From NCBI GenBank assembly GCA_047967505.1, contig CM106538.1: a stretch of 64,000 nt of DNA. One strand, given 5' to 3'. The DNA comes from Dipteris shenzhenensis (taxonomy: Eukaryota). Of the stretch, positions 49,763-62,829 are shown one piece after another. Position 1 is the stretch's first letter, and each line of letters begins with the position of its first letter. A program made the translations under genes and the position numbers. A model generated the notes under the pieces. It ran no database searches. It was given only the letters and a program-made list of their open reading frames with translations, and was not told the origin of the DNA.

Positions 49763-52700
49763 GTCAGTACAAACAAAACTTTTGCTTGGTTTCTTGATTT
49801 AGTAATTGTCTCGAAAATGAACATCTTTAAGCTTAAGCTGTAAGAAATTCGTAATGGGATATCACGTGGTTAGAGAGTCTAAAGACAACTATGACCTTTT
49901 GTCTTTATGTTATTGTTTCCGTCACTGAAAGCCTGCTTTGCTGCTGAAGACACTCAAGAAAACGTGACTCTCTCCCCAATCGACACTGAATACAATTACT
50001 AGATGGTGGCCAATCTGGAAATTACAGCAGAAGTAAAGAGGCAAGCTAACCCAACAGAAATCTCATCCACTGATGTGGGATAAACAACTCAAAGGTGAGC
50101 AACAAACTTCAAGCTCAAAGGCTTGGAATACTACAGTCTCTAGTGAGGGCATTGGGTTGCCCTTCAATCCTCCTATGTTGCTTTAGATGGATCCAGTGTG
50201 GACACTGGAATGAGTAAGGATGGCAAATGGACCTCCTTAGATAGGGTAGAAAGTGGTCAACCAGTATTATGTTCAATTTTAGTTTAACACACTTCGCCAT
50301 GGAATTCAGAGTAAGCTCCCAGATCTGACAGGAATCCCGAAAATCAAAGATGTCTAGAGGGAGATACGGAATCGTTTTAGTTTAAAAAGGGGGTAAGGTG
50401 TGGTGTACATGGGAAAGAGGGGAAGAGTAGAGGAGATCAGGATTTCCATGTATGAAGAGCATGAAGAGAAAAGGGAGGACGTTGGCTATTCGATGTGTGG
50501 TTTTGGATGGATACTCTGTATATATGGTTTTCTTGAAATGGAATACAAATTTGAATGTTGATTGGCCCTCTCTCCTGCACCCCTGCTCGCATCTTGGTTC
50601 ACTTGGTTGAAAAAAATCCTGGAGATGCCGGGTAGCAGACTGGTCACATAGAAAAGGGGCGACCTGTGAATGCCATAAATTATCTTGGTGGAGAAGTGAC
50701 ACACGCAAAACACGTGGCTTGCGAGGAAGTGACGTGATAGATGATAGCCATGGATTATGAAGGCATCGAGTTTGTAAAGGCAAGAAGATGATCGCCAATT
50801 GAGTGATGTGGGATGGTAATTACCAATTGATAGTGGGCTGAGGTACAAGGCTGTGGAAAGGTAAGAGGCACTGGTGATCAGAAGAAATGAAGATACAGTT
50901 GAACGTGTGAGGCGCAGAGATGGCCGATCATAATTGAGATCAAATTGTAGGCAAGGATGATAGAAAGTTAGCATTTGAAAAGCATATAAAGATAGAGGCC
51001 TCTTGCTGATGATAGGAGATGCAGACAATGCTAGAGACCAAAACAAACTGATAGGCGATGAGTGTGACCTGCACGACGAGCAGAAGACGCTGTAGGCAAT
51101 GAATTTAGCTGAGTAGCAGCTTGGAATTGTGACAAAAGTCAGATAAGAATAGGTGATGGGAGGCGATATCTGCCAGTCGTACTGCAGCAAGTACAATGGC
51201 TGCCAGGTGGGCAGCAGGACCAGCAACAGGAGTAAATGCTGAATGGCTTGTGGTCTTAACACCCTCCCTCAATTTAAGCACGAGGGGAATGGATCCACGC
51301 CATTGCACCAAGCATGACATGTGTCAGCCATGCCCCGTACGGGGTAAGTCTCTGTGTCTACCGCTGCCAGATGCCACTGGGTGGGCTGGTCTCTCTGTTC
51401 ATAGCGCAACCTGCTGCTGCAAATTATGCGCAAGCCTGCCCAGGGGTGGTCTGTTCCTTGTACACTATTTTTGCCAACTATCAACGCATGGTTTTGTGCC
51501 TTGTCGTCAGTCACTGCATCGTTTTGTGCCATGTGTATGGCGTGGGAGATGACACAGAATCCAGACCCTCTGCTCTGCACCACATGGAGGCGCACCATCG
51601 ACCCTTTACCTATGCACGGGTTAGTATAGCCACTACGCTCTGATCTTATGTATGGCCACCAAATCGGGTGGTGCCAGGGGCAGGGCTTATAGGCCTGCAA
51701 AGAAGAGACAGACTGTTCAGCATAGACAAGCCTGTGGTTGAAAGAAGGGTGCACCTGGTGAGGTCGGCCAGATCTGGGGTCTGGTGGGCTGATGGGCACC
51801 TATATAAGGGGCCCCACTTGGGGTTCCATGCATTCCAGGAGTTCCTACCTGCAGGTCACATTTCAGGGTGAGGAGCAAAAGGATCAAGGGATCTACACCA
51901 GAAGTTCTTGCAGGGCAGGAGTCCTAGATATCGACAGCAAACCTTGGTACAGACCTACACACTTTTGGAGAGCATAAGGTAGGGCAAAGGAAGGAGTTTT
52001 GTCTGCAGAAAACATGTGAGGAGATTTTGCAGGAGCGCCCAACCTAGAGCAGCCACTGAAGTATGATGAGCAAACAGTCCCTGAATTTGGTGACTTACCT
52101 CAGCGGATGTTTGTTGACGGTGTTGGTACAGATTTTTGAGAATTTTGTACGTGGATTTACACATCTATATGTAAGACTGTGTGGCTGTACAACTGTTGTA
52201 CTTTCTCTCTAGAAGCACACGGGTTGAGGTGGCATTCAAAGCTTTCATTGTGAGATCTCAAGACTTTCTTTATTCCACTGTGTAAGGGTTGACTGTAGTA
52301 AGCAATCCTTTTTGCTGCTGCTACCGATCAGGTAAGCTTTCTCTTATACAGCCCTTCTACTAGCCCCCTCTGGTGTCCCTTTGCTTCAGCGTATGTGCCC
52401 TCACCAAGGGTCTATTGCTGGCCTTTGCTGGTGGCCAGGGTGGCCCTTAGAGGCTGCCCTAAAATAACACCAAAGAGGATTTCTGTCTGCTGTCCATGCG
52501 CCTGCCATATTACTGCCCACCTGGCAGCCTCAGCCGATTCCCTTGCTGATGTAGAGCGCACCTAAAAACCACAATTTCCCATGTATTTCAATCTCGGATC
52601 TCTCATCCAACTATCCATGAAACACCCCCCCTAAAAAACACGATCCTTCCCACCAAGGATCGCCCACAGATCTCCCACGACCGAGAAGAAGTTCTATTGC

Positions 52701-53583
52701 GACATACTTGGACATTTTCTAACTTGCAAAAAGAAGAAGGTTGACAAAGTGAAGGAGGAGGACCAATCAGGCACGGCATCTACCAATGTGATAAGATAGG
52801 AACTTTTTCTTAGTTGCAACTCCATGTCCCATTGAGAGAGAGTTTGTAGACATAGTACCAAACACTGAATGTGATCCATAAATGGATTTCAATTGACCAA
52901 AGAGGCAGAGATGTTGATTCAATCCAAAATCCTTCTTGGGAGAAGCGATCAACAGCTCAATGATTGTCTTACGCATTTGTGCTCTTTTGAAAATGCGAAA
53001 TTGTTCAAGTCCATCACCATTTTATTAGAATGTCAATTTTCCCCAAATTTTAGTTGGTATTTACATTTGTATTTGCATCAATTATGGGTCAATGAACTCA
53101 AACAAAAAAATGATTACAAGGCATAACATTTCCAAGGTACCTAACTTAGAAGGCCTGAAATTGCATTGATGAAGTTCTTGATGAAGAAGTTAAATTATAT
53201 TTTTAGGTTATATTTAAGCATTGCAAATCTATCTCAACCATCCTAAGTTATTGCTGTGATACTACTTGAAGCAACTCGAAAGGTTGTAGTTCAAACTTTA
53301 CCATATTGGCACGGCCTTGCAGGATCTACCCTATGACTAACATGGGATCTCGACTCCAATCTGACCAGAATCAAGTGCAGGCAATCTCAATCCTCCTGTC
53401 CACCTCTAACACACGGGCTACAGCTCGACTCATCCATAGGCCCGTATCTAACTGAGGTGTCCTTACCACCCAAGCCTGTCCCGAAGACCTTCGATACGCA
53501 ATCCTATGATCCACCATGTAGATGGCCAGAGTCTCGGCCTCAGGTCCAAGTCCAACCATTAGTTGAGGAGCGCTCAACTGTAC

Positions 53584-55248
53584 TGCCACAATAGCACTGT
53601 CCCTCCTCTATATAGAAGGAAACCTCGCTATAAGTAGCATAATGCCATGAATAGCAAGCGAGCACTATATATAAAGGAACCTCTCTATATATAGCAATAT
53701 CGGCTAAAAATAGCCACTTGGCCCTTTGCTTTCCCTTGACCTATGTTACCCTGCTTCCTAACCCTAGTGTACACTATGCACATGACATACTCCCCTTCCT
53801 CTAGAACTCACTCTTGAGTTTCAAGAAAGTCCAAGAACTCTCTTTGAAGGTTAGTGAATGCCACCAACTAAACTTTGACTCTCAGATTGAGGTTAGCAAC
53901 CTTTCCATGATTCTTGAATCAATTCCATTCCGCAATCTTTGATATCAAGGTTATGGAAAGCAACAACATAACTCTCAATTGAAACAAGGTTACTTGGCGA
54001 TGAGTCCTGTCTCGAAACTCGGGGAAATCAAGTAACTTTTGAATCCACGGAGGTAGTTCCTTTCGCATGTCCGCACTTGGACATGTTAAAAAGTCTTTGT
54101 ACCGAGGAGATAATGATTCTGTCAACCCCATCTGTTGAATCTCTTGGTATTCACGGGAAAATATCCATCAAGCTGAATACCCTTGAATTCAAAATCTTGG
54201 GTTGAAATTGTATGTAAGGGCTAATTCACCAAGCTGAATACCCTTTTAATCCATTTGAAATTCCATGACCTTTCCAAGTATCTTGCTACAAAGGAGGCGT
54301 TCTCTACAGATAATGAAAGGTGTGCCCTATCTTGAACACCATTAGAGAATAGTCAACAAAACTTGGAATACCTTAAGTTCTTGATTTGTTATGAAAGAAT
54401 CTTTATGTAGCTATTGTCACAGGTAGTAGCTGATGAGCGAAATCTTGACAAAATTTTTTGTCCCATGACTCATCCTCCTGTTGCTCATACTTGAGGATAA
54501 TCAATAAAATTTCCGTTGACTATATCGGATCAATGGTACAGTTGGACATCCTTGTAGTCGACTATCATAGGAATACCATCCTATGTCATCCATTCCATCC
54601 AAGATCTCTCAAGATAGGATCCACTATTGGCTATCCTATATGAAATTTGTGCACAATAAAACCGCTCCTAGCATAGGACCATCCCATACTTAGGATTCAT
54701 AAACTTGGAAGACCATGTCCCATCAAGGAACTGATTGACCCGCATCATAATAGATGTGGTAACCCCTGGAGATTGTGTTTGAACTTTGGAGCTCCTTGCT
54801 TGGACCTATTATAGAGGTATGGTTGTACATGGCTTTCTTAGGGAAAATAAAATAGCAACTCCTTGTCTCTATTCACCTGTTCTCCAATTCAATACTCATT
54901 GCTTGTCCATCACCCTATTGACCCTTGGGTACGGATTCATGTTGGTTAATATTACCACATTAGAGAACCTTATATGTAACATATCTTAGTGTCCCATACC
55001 ACTAAGATACACTGCATGCAAAATGGTTTGACCATCAATCGAGGAGTGCTAAATCGAATTGCCACAATAGCACTGGCCCGCCTCTATATAGAAGGAAACC
55101 TCGCTATAAATAGCATGACGCTATGAATAGCCCCCTCCATGTAAAGCGAGTACTATATATAAAACAACCTCTATATATAGCAATCTCGGCTAAAAATAGC
55201 CACTTGGTCCTTCCCTTGACCAACTCTAGGTATACGATGCACATGACA
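53584..55248 (-). mobile_element. Small non-autonomous LTR element (TRIM/LARD-like Gypsy derivative)
   Basis: Direct repeats TGCCACAATAGCACT...CATGACA at 53584-53787 and 55060-55248; PPT complement TACTCCCCTTCCTCT 53788-53802; no intact ORF; TSD not matched. Confidence 0.8.
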
Positions 55249-57299
55249 CATAGCTATGGTCTGGATCGTCCTTAGGTACGATAGAATAAAGTGTAAAGCA
55301 ATCAAGGTTATCCCTCCCAAAGGGGAGAGCTAGCGGACTCACCTCCCAACCACAGACTTTGTATGGCGAGTGACCTCCCAGCTTGATGTCTAAATAACAA
55401 GAGACAATAAGATCTTGTCTCATACCATAAATGCTTATCATAGGTGTTGTGAAACAATCTCACAGGGAAAAGCTCCAATAGTTCTTCGTGCATCAAGACA
55501 ACGGGGGGCAGTGAAGCTCTTCATGTTCCTTGCTCTGGGTGAAGTCCATGTCTTGATGTAGAAGGGAGCTACATGTTACCCAATGCAAGGGCAGCAATTG
55601 AGGCGTCCACTATACATGTAGGGTAAGGTGTCTAGACTCCTAGGACACTGTCCTAACTAGGATAGGGTGTTGACTGTCTTGAGTAAGCAGTCTTGTTAGG
55701 GTTGTTTGGACATTGTCTATGGTAGCTTAGGTCTCAACCTGGGGCTAGTTCACCTTGGTTAGATTCTGACTTATGCCCAATGGAATATAATATTCAATAA
55801 TATTCACTCTTACATTATTATCTTTCTCTTATCATTCCTCCTTCTGTTTCCTCTCCTTGAGCCAATGTTGTCCTTTCGCACAATTTAGGTCATTTGGCTT
55901 ATCCTTTAGTAGTGATGATTTTGCCTTCGAAGACTACTTGATCTGTCTTTCTTTATCAGGGCTTTTACATTTAGGTTGTGACATCTCTTTTTATGTGTGA
56001 GAGCATGTTTTTATACTATGGTCTACACCCACTGTTGGGCGCTGATGACGTCAGTGGGGATGTCACAGTAGCTAGTCCCTGCTATGCGTGATGGAGTTTA
56101 TGGTTTTCAATCTTATGAGTGACTATCGTGAGATTGAAACTGCACTTTGCTGTGTTTTTAGAGGATGAGTTTGGGAATGTTCCTGGATTCATCTCGGTAT
56201 ATGTGACATCTCATTGTGCAACTAAGAATGCTGAGTTGGAACAATCAGTGATCTTCTGGGTTTGGAAGAATGTGTTTGCTTCAGGACTTAGTATAGGACA
56301 TGTTTACATGAATTGTTTATGCAATTATTTTGTTATCTGCACTACTCAAAGGCTTGCCAAGAGCTTGCTTTTTGTGTTTGAACACGCCTTTTGGGTCTTG
56401 TTTGTATGCCTTTTGTGAAATGAGATAGCTCATAGAATATATACGACTTCATAGGTATGCACACCCTAGGCAAGAGTATGGACACATATCTCTAACAATT
56501 TAAGCTTTAGGATAGCATAGTTGTACTCCACCTTGACTTTGTGAAATCGGGGTGTAATCTTACGGAGTGCCTTTTAAAGTGAATGTGGACCATGCACATT
56601 TACGTACTTGGAAAATATTTGGTTTTGTGTGTGGGTTGTCAGCAGCTCCTGACCCCATCGTCCCTGGCCCACCTATGCTGTCCACCCCCTTTCCTTACCA
56701 CTTTGCAAGCACACAACCCACATCTTTGACTGGGTGTAACATGACAGTTCTCGACGATTTGCTGCAGATGTAAAGAAATCCTTACCAGTAGTATCATCTG
56801 AACTCGTAAAGAATTTATTGATGTCTGTTGCAATGGCATAAAATTATTTTGCGAATGCTTCAGCTATTGTGCATGGCAAGGTGCATGACCAAAATTAAGA
56901 TGAATCAGTAGTGTTGTGTTAGATCCCTTGTAGGAACTTTTTGTGCTCACAACATGATAACTTGATAGGAGTCATTTACAACCAAGCTCAGCAGATAGAA
57001 AATAGGAGCCTCTGTTCTGGAATCCCTTGGATACATGCACCACCATCCATATGCCTGGCGGTCACTTATTAATTAGGAATGTTAGTCCAGTTAGGACACT
57101 AACGTCACTTAGGACCTAGGACATGCTGCTGTCCTAGCTGAGTACTAACCACCATGTAGGCCACTCGTGCCTACCATTAGGCCACAACTAATGACCATTG
57201 TCTTACTCGTGCCTTCTTGACCTAAGCAACCCCCCCCCCCCCCCCCTTTTCCTTCTGGGGTAATATACATGTTGAATGCTTTGTACTATTATAGGCAAA

Positions 57300-57690
57300 C
57301 TCTAAATTGGAAGATACTCTTTCCAATATGTTTGTGATTTACTAACATAAGCACACAAGATATCTTCCAGGGTTTGAGTGACCCGTTCTATCTGACCATC
57401 TGTTTATGGATAATCATACATACTGATATTCAACTTAGTTTTCATCTTGAAAGACAACCTTCCAAAGTCAAACTTACTGTCCTAGTCACTAATAATACGG
57501 TAGGTAAACCATATAACCTGAAAACTCCTTCAACAAAAAATCTTGCTAACTCAGGGTTTTCTCATTTTTTTTGTTGGAATGATATGGGCCATTTTGGTCA
57601 ATTGATCACCTATTACCCCACACAGAATCATGACTTCTATTTGTTCTTGATAAATCAATAATAAAGTCCATAGAGATGCTTTTCCATTTG
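57300..57690 (-). mobile_element. Gypsy integrase remnant
   Basis: VIGDQLTKMAHIIPTKK and downstream PTVLLVTRTVSL-type core remnants. Confidence 0.65.
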
Positions 57691-59526
57691 CCAGATGGAT
57701 TCTCGAATGGCTGTAGCAAACTCCTAAGGATGAGCCATAGCAGAGTCGACAATTTTTCAGGAAGTGTCTTCCACCAGGAAGGAAATGTGGCCTTTCTATC
57801 CAGCTAGAAATCAAAGAGCCCCTTTCCACTGAAGTCTCCCTGGCCATAGAGCAATCCTGCTCAGAACCAGATCCTTACGATTGTTAGATAAAAAGAATTC
57901 AAAGCTGCCCCTAAGACTGAAGGTCTTTTTTGAACGAAAGACTTGCTTTGGACAGATCAGCATCAGACAGGTGAGCACTTTTGAAGATGGCAGAGACCCT
58001 AATTGAATCGAGATTCATGAATGCTCCCTTACGAGAGAAGATTACCTGAGCTTTGATAGCCTCAAAGGAAGAGCTGAGAGATATCCATAGATTACTCCCT
58101 TTGGTAAAGCAGGGTTCAGGATTGCAAAAAGCAGAAAGTGTTGTATAGTTCTTGCACTTAGAGGCTTTGACAGTCCTGACAGTACTGATATTTCTTACTA
58201 ATGCATTATGCCTGTGCTCAGATACTGTCTGGATTAAGGACTGCTTTAATGATCCATGGAGCAAAGAGTTTGTAAGCTCCTTCACTTTTAGGTTTTCTAC
58301 AGAAGGAACACTTAACCTGAGCAAACTTCCTCCTACTGGGGTGGCCCTCCTAAAGGAAAAATCTGCAAATCTTAATGAACTTGTTCAAGCTGATGGGGGA
58401 GGGGCACCAATATGATAAGTAGGAAATAGATATAGGATAGATGTAATGATTAAGCATCAATGTCCTCCTTGCAAGGTTGGCCTATAAACCGCTCCATTTG
58501 TTTAGCTTATCATTGATTCTATCAAGGAACCAGTCCCATCTATCCTTCCTAGGCATTTCAAACCCCATGGGACTACCCAGCAACCACTAATGCAAGTCAG
58601 AACAAAGTATTTTAAAAAACAAATTGTATAGTCCAATCTCATTGAAAGTTTGCAACTATGGCAAACAAATTCTGACCAAATCAAGAACTGAGTCTCGGAA
58701 AATACCCACACATAAACATGCAAAACTGTCTGCTAATGAATCAACTGAGTACATGCGTTTATTTCACAGGCCTTTGAAAATAATATTAAAATCAGTCTAG
58801 ACATACCTGGCACAATTAATTCAAGAAGCTTTGAAGTACCCACAATAGTAAGCCACTGCTTAGCCTGTAAAATAATGCAATGACTGATGGAGTAGTTGTC
58901 ACATGATCACACAAGTGTGACAACTTGATTTGTGGCTTTTTCCACCACAAAAACAGCGCATCACCCGCCAGCCCAATTGAGCCGCCACCCCAAAAGTCCA
59001 ATGACTAATGACCATTGTCTTACTCCAATCTTAGAAGTCAACCCCCCCACCCCCCCAACAACAACAACAGCAACATGAGCTCACACAATAATTGAAAGGC
59101 AAAGTGCTATGCTTCACTCCGTCAACAAGCAACCTACAACCAGTCCATTCACTTCACGCAACTCATCGTCATAGTACGCCACCCTTCAGACCAGGTGATA
59201 TTGATATAAACAGATCATCACCCGTCAGCCCAATGGAATTGCTACTAAAGCCTAATGAATAATGACCATTGTCTTACGCCTATATTATTAACAACCGCCC
59301 CCCCCCCCCCCCCCCCCCTCTTTTCCCTTCCAAAATCATATCACCATCAATGTAACATGTTCCAACAAATAAGTTGTTCTATTTCAAATAGCTTGATAGA
59401 ATCGAGAGATCTCCTTAAATAGGTGGTCACAAGCAAGTGATTGATTTTTCAGTATAGTATGCATTCAGAATTGTATGTTCACGGTTTTGGACTTGTCTTG
59501 GAATATTTTTAAATGTCAACTTGCAG

Positions 59527-59846
59527 GCTCTGTTGGAAGTGGAGTTTTAGGAATAAATACAATGGCATTAATCTTACTTCAGATCCTGTTGTAAATAAGA
59601 AGTGTTTCTGGTACAGATCACATTCTTTCTATTTTTTCAAACAAGGAGTTTCTATTGTCCAAAATTGGGTCAGTGGGATTTGGAATTCCATGTGGGGCAG
59701 AGGGACGGCCTCTTCAGTTGCAGTCTCTGAAGGGGGACGCGAATATCTTGCAAGCATGGTTTCACCCCCCGAGAATGATTGCTGCTCAGTTTGTCATGAC
59801 GCTTTCACTCTGCCATGTCAGGCAAATTGTGCCCACTGGTTTTGTG
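59527..59846 (+). CDS. RNF170: RNF170-like E3 ligase, coding exon 2 (start of C3HC4 RING)
   Basis: TTGCAG| acceptor, open frame to MVSPPENDCCSVCHDAFTLPCQANCAHWFC, donor G|GTAAGT. Confidence 0.9.
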
Positions 59847-60051
59847 GTAAGTCTTTCACGTCCCAATTTAAGTATGATTGATGGCTTGGGGTTATTGTTT
59901 TTTATGTTTACTGCTTGTTCCACTTTCTCAGTAGAGCAATCTTTGTGTTTCTCAATGTTTAGACACTACCAGTCCCTTGAATTGTGCAAATCAGTTTCTT
60001 TGATGTCTTTGTTATTTTCTGGGTAAGCAAGTGTAAGATTTCCTGTATCAG

Positions 60052-60245
60052 GGGACTGCATATTACGTGTTTGGCAACACACCTCAGCCCTCCAGCCTTG
60101 CAAATGTCCAATCTGCCGACGTCCCATCAACCTTCTGATTCCTTCAAATTTTGCACGAAGTGAAGATCCGGAAGCAGAAAGAGTACTAAGTGAAATCTCA
60201 AACTATAATCGTTTACATGGAGGGGGCTCTGTGGGCATACTGCAG
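60052..60245 (+). CDS. RNF170: RNF170-like E3 ligase, coding exon 3
   Basis: TCAG| ... (G)DCILRVWQHTSALQPCKCPICRRPINLLIP...EISNYNRLHGGGSVGILQ |GTATGG; phase consistent. Confidence 0.93.
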
Positions 60246-60822
60246 GTATGGTTTTTGAGCTTCTATCATGGATTTCTTTTTCTGCAAGTATTATGCTATG
60301 CTATGCTGTGTTCAGTGATTCTATGTTTTCAGAGTTCAAATACTGGCAATTGACGATAACTTGAGTTTTTATATATAATTTCAAGGGAAAAAAAATCATT
60401 CTTGTTACTTGTATAATCCTTTATTACTCTTCAGAACGTCTTTATCCATCTTGTTTAGAACAACAATGCTTGATCCTTATGTTCCATTTCACAATGTTAG
60501 TGGTGATCCTATTGAAAGAAACCATCCATGGGACCTGAATTTGAGCGCAAGCTGGGTGTGTGGCAGACTAAATAAGGGGATATCACAATCCCCATTAGTT
60601 ACTTATCTCCTGCCTTGGCCTGGGGAGTTGGGCTTTGTCCTCAGCCATTATGTGGGTGTGTTTTTTGTGAGCTGGAGAACCAGATTTACTAGCAGAAATT
60701 CTTCGGTTTAAGTCGTGTAGTGTGTATGATGTATCAATCAATGCTAATGTAGAAAAGGCACAAAAGTTCGTTTGTAATCATAGAAACTGTCTTTTTAAAA
60801 AATTGTTTTTGTAATTTTGCAG

Positions 60823-60924
60823 CGTGCTCGGGACACGCCTTTATTGTTGCGGCGCATGGTACAGGACTTGATGGATCCACAACGAGCTCTTCCACTTGTG
60901 CATAGAACAAGGATTGTAGTATAT
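60823..60924 (+). CDS. RNF170: RNF170-like E3 ligase, coding exon 4
   Basis: TTGCAG| RARDTPLLLRRMVQDLMDPQRALPLVHRTRIVVY |GTAAGC; 102 nt, phase 0. Confidence 0.9.
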
Positions 60925-62185
60925 GTAAGCAACAACTCTATGTAGCTAATAATTGTAGAATGTTGGTTTATTATCATTTGTATATTTGAGAAATATGGTA
61001 GTGCACACCAATGCAATCTTCCCCCTCCACCTTTACTATCCAAAATCTCCTTTTGCACACACAGATAGATGATGATGATGATTACCTGAATGGTATGTAT
61101 TTAAATTGCAGACCCATATACCCATGACAATCTGGTGGTTACTTGCATTCATGGGATCCCTTGCCTGATGAATGGGTATGATAGTGTTTATAGTCTAGGA
61201 AGTTAGAAAGCCCTTGTAGAATGCTTCATTGGAAAGATTGGCTAGGATTGGAGCAAGTATCCCCCACCCGTGGGTTAGGAGTTCTGCTTGGAGGCCCTCC
61301 TGATTGTCGGCTTTGCCGTTCTGTACCTTCTTGATGGCTTCTTTAGATGAGTGTGGTGGAAGTGGTGTGGCTAGGGATGTCGTCTAGGGTGGGCACAGAC
61401 TGGTTTGGATCATCAAAGAGTGTGTCTATCTAAGCTTTTTAAAGACAAGTCCTTGATAGGACATGGTGACCTCCTTTTCAGCAGCTTCATCCAAAATTCT
61501 TTGGAATTACTGTTCAGAATATTAAAGAGCCTCGTTCCTGGCAGGAAAGAGACTGTCCTTTCTTTTGACGGATTAAATGTCGATACTCTTTTCCAGTGTG
61601 TTCCTGATCAGGGGTGTCCTGTTTTGTCTCATTGGGCTAGTGATTTTTAAGTGCTTTGCACTCATCATCACCAGATCATGAATGGTAGACCCCTTTGGTG
61701 TCATGCATGTATAACCACTTTGTGCTGCTCAATTGAAGAGCAACATTGAGTACTGTAGAGGCTGAACTGAGTAATTGCTTCTGATGGAGGATGTCCCTCT
61801 TGTTCCCTAAGATTCCCAATGCCTTTTTTTTGAGTTTTCACTATCTACGCAGATCTTTTCCATCCAAAGTAAAATTTCACCTTCTTTGTCATTAGTGCTG
61901 TTTGGATGCATCAATAATTGTTAGTCTTCATACACTTTCTAGCTATATTACTTATCATCGTCATCGTCTCATCATCATTACTGGTGCCTGAGGTGTGTAG
62001 CAGAGAAAGAGCGAGAGAGAAAGAGAGGTGGGGAGGCAATTAGGAATTCTAGTTTTCACAGACATTCTATACTTTGCTTTGCTAGTATCATTATGTATTG
62101 TAGGTTGATTTTCAAAAGATTTGGTGAAAAACATTTTTTGTTTATGTACATCTCTGAATTATTGTATGTGTGCTATGGTTGACAG

Positions 62186-62237
62186 TTGGTGTTAATGGCA
62201 TTTTACGTATTCAGTCCTCTGGATATTCTTCCTGAAG
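62186..62237 (+). CDS. RNF170: RNF170-like E3 ligase, coding exon 5 (DUF1232-type motif); gene continues beyond window
   Basis: GACAG| LVLMAFYVFSPLDILPE G|GTAAAG. Confidence 0.9.
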
Positions 62238-62549
62238 GTAAAGCTTTGGAGCTTTTCTCATGGTATAAATGGTGAGCAGAGATAAGTGTTTGTGTCAGCT
62301 ATACTAGAATCTTTAGTTGGAATAATGTCTGAGTTTCAGATTGGCTTCAGTAGCTAAATTGTCTTACAACCCACCTGCGCCTCCCTCTTGCTTTTCTCCC
62401 TAAAAACAAAACAATCCTGTTATTTAAAGACTCTCCTACTGTTTATTCTTTTCATCTCTCTCTCTCTCTCTCCCCCCCCAAAAAAAAAAAAAAAAAAAAA
62501 TCCCACTGCTCCTCTCCACCCTGCCTGCCCCCAAGACACACATATATAG

Positions 62550-62642
62550 ATGTGTGTGTGTGTGTACGCTCGCGCACATACACACACACACACAGACATA
62601 TGTATGCATATGTTCATATGCATCTCTCTCTCTATATATATG

Positions 62643-62700
<58 letters not shown>

Positions 62701-62759
62701 ACATACACACACACACACAGACATATGTATACATATGTTCATATGCATCTCTCTCTCTC

Positions 62760-62826
<67 letters not shown>
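62550..62826. repeat. Duplicated compound microsatellite (CA)n-spacer-(TC)n(TA)n(TG)n(GA)n
   Basis: Two ~125-bp copies at ~62575-62697 and 62701-62826. Confidence 0.9.

Positions 62827-62829
<3 letters not shown>

Noticed and set aside
50486-51262. 258-aa minus-strand ORF as a host gene
   Set aside because: Non-ATG start, Ser/Leu-rich antisense-like composition, no domain motif
53255-55882. Large solo LTR hosting the miniature LTR element
   Set aside because: TG...CA ends can be chosen but the flanks ATTGC/ATTTA are not a convincing TSD
59513-59526. ATG 59513 as the RNF170 start
   Set aside because: It lies upstream of a good acceptor (59526) that is phase-matched to the 49674-49762 exon, so it is probably intronic
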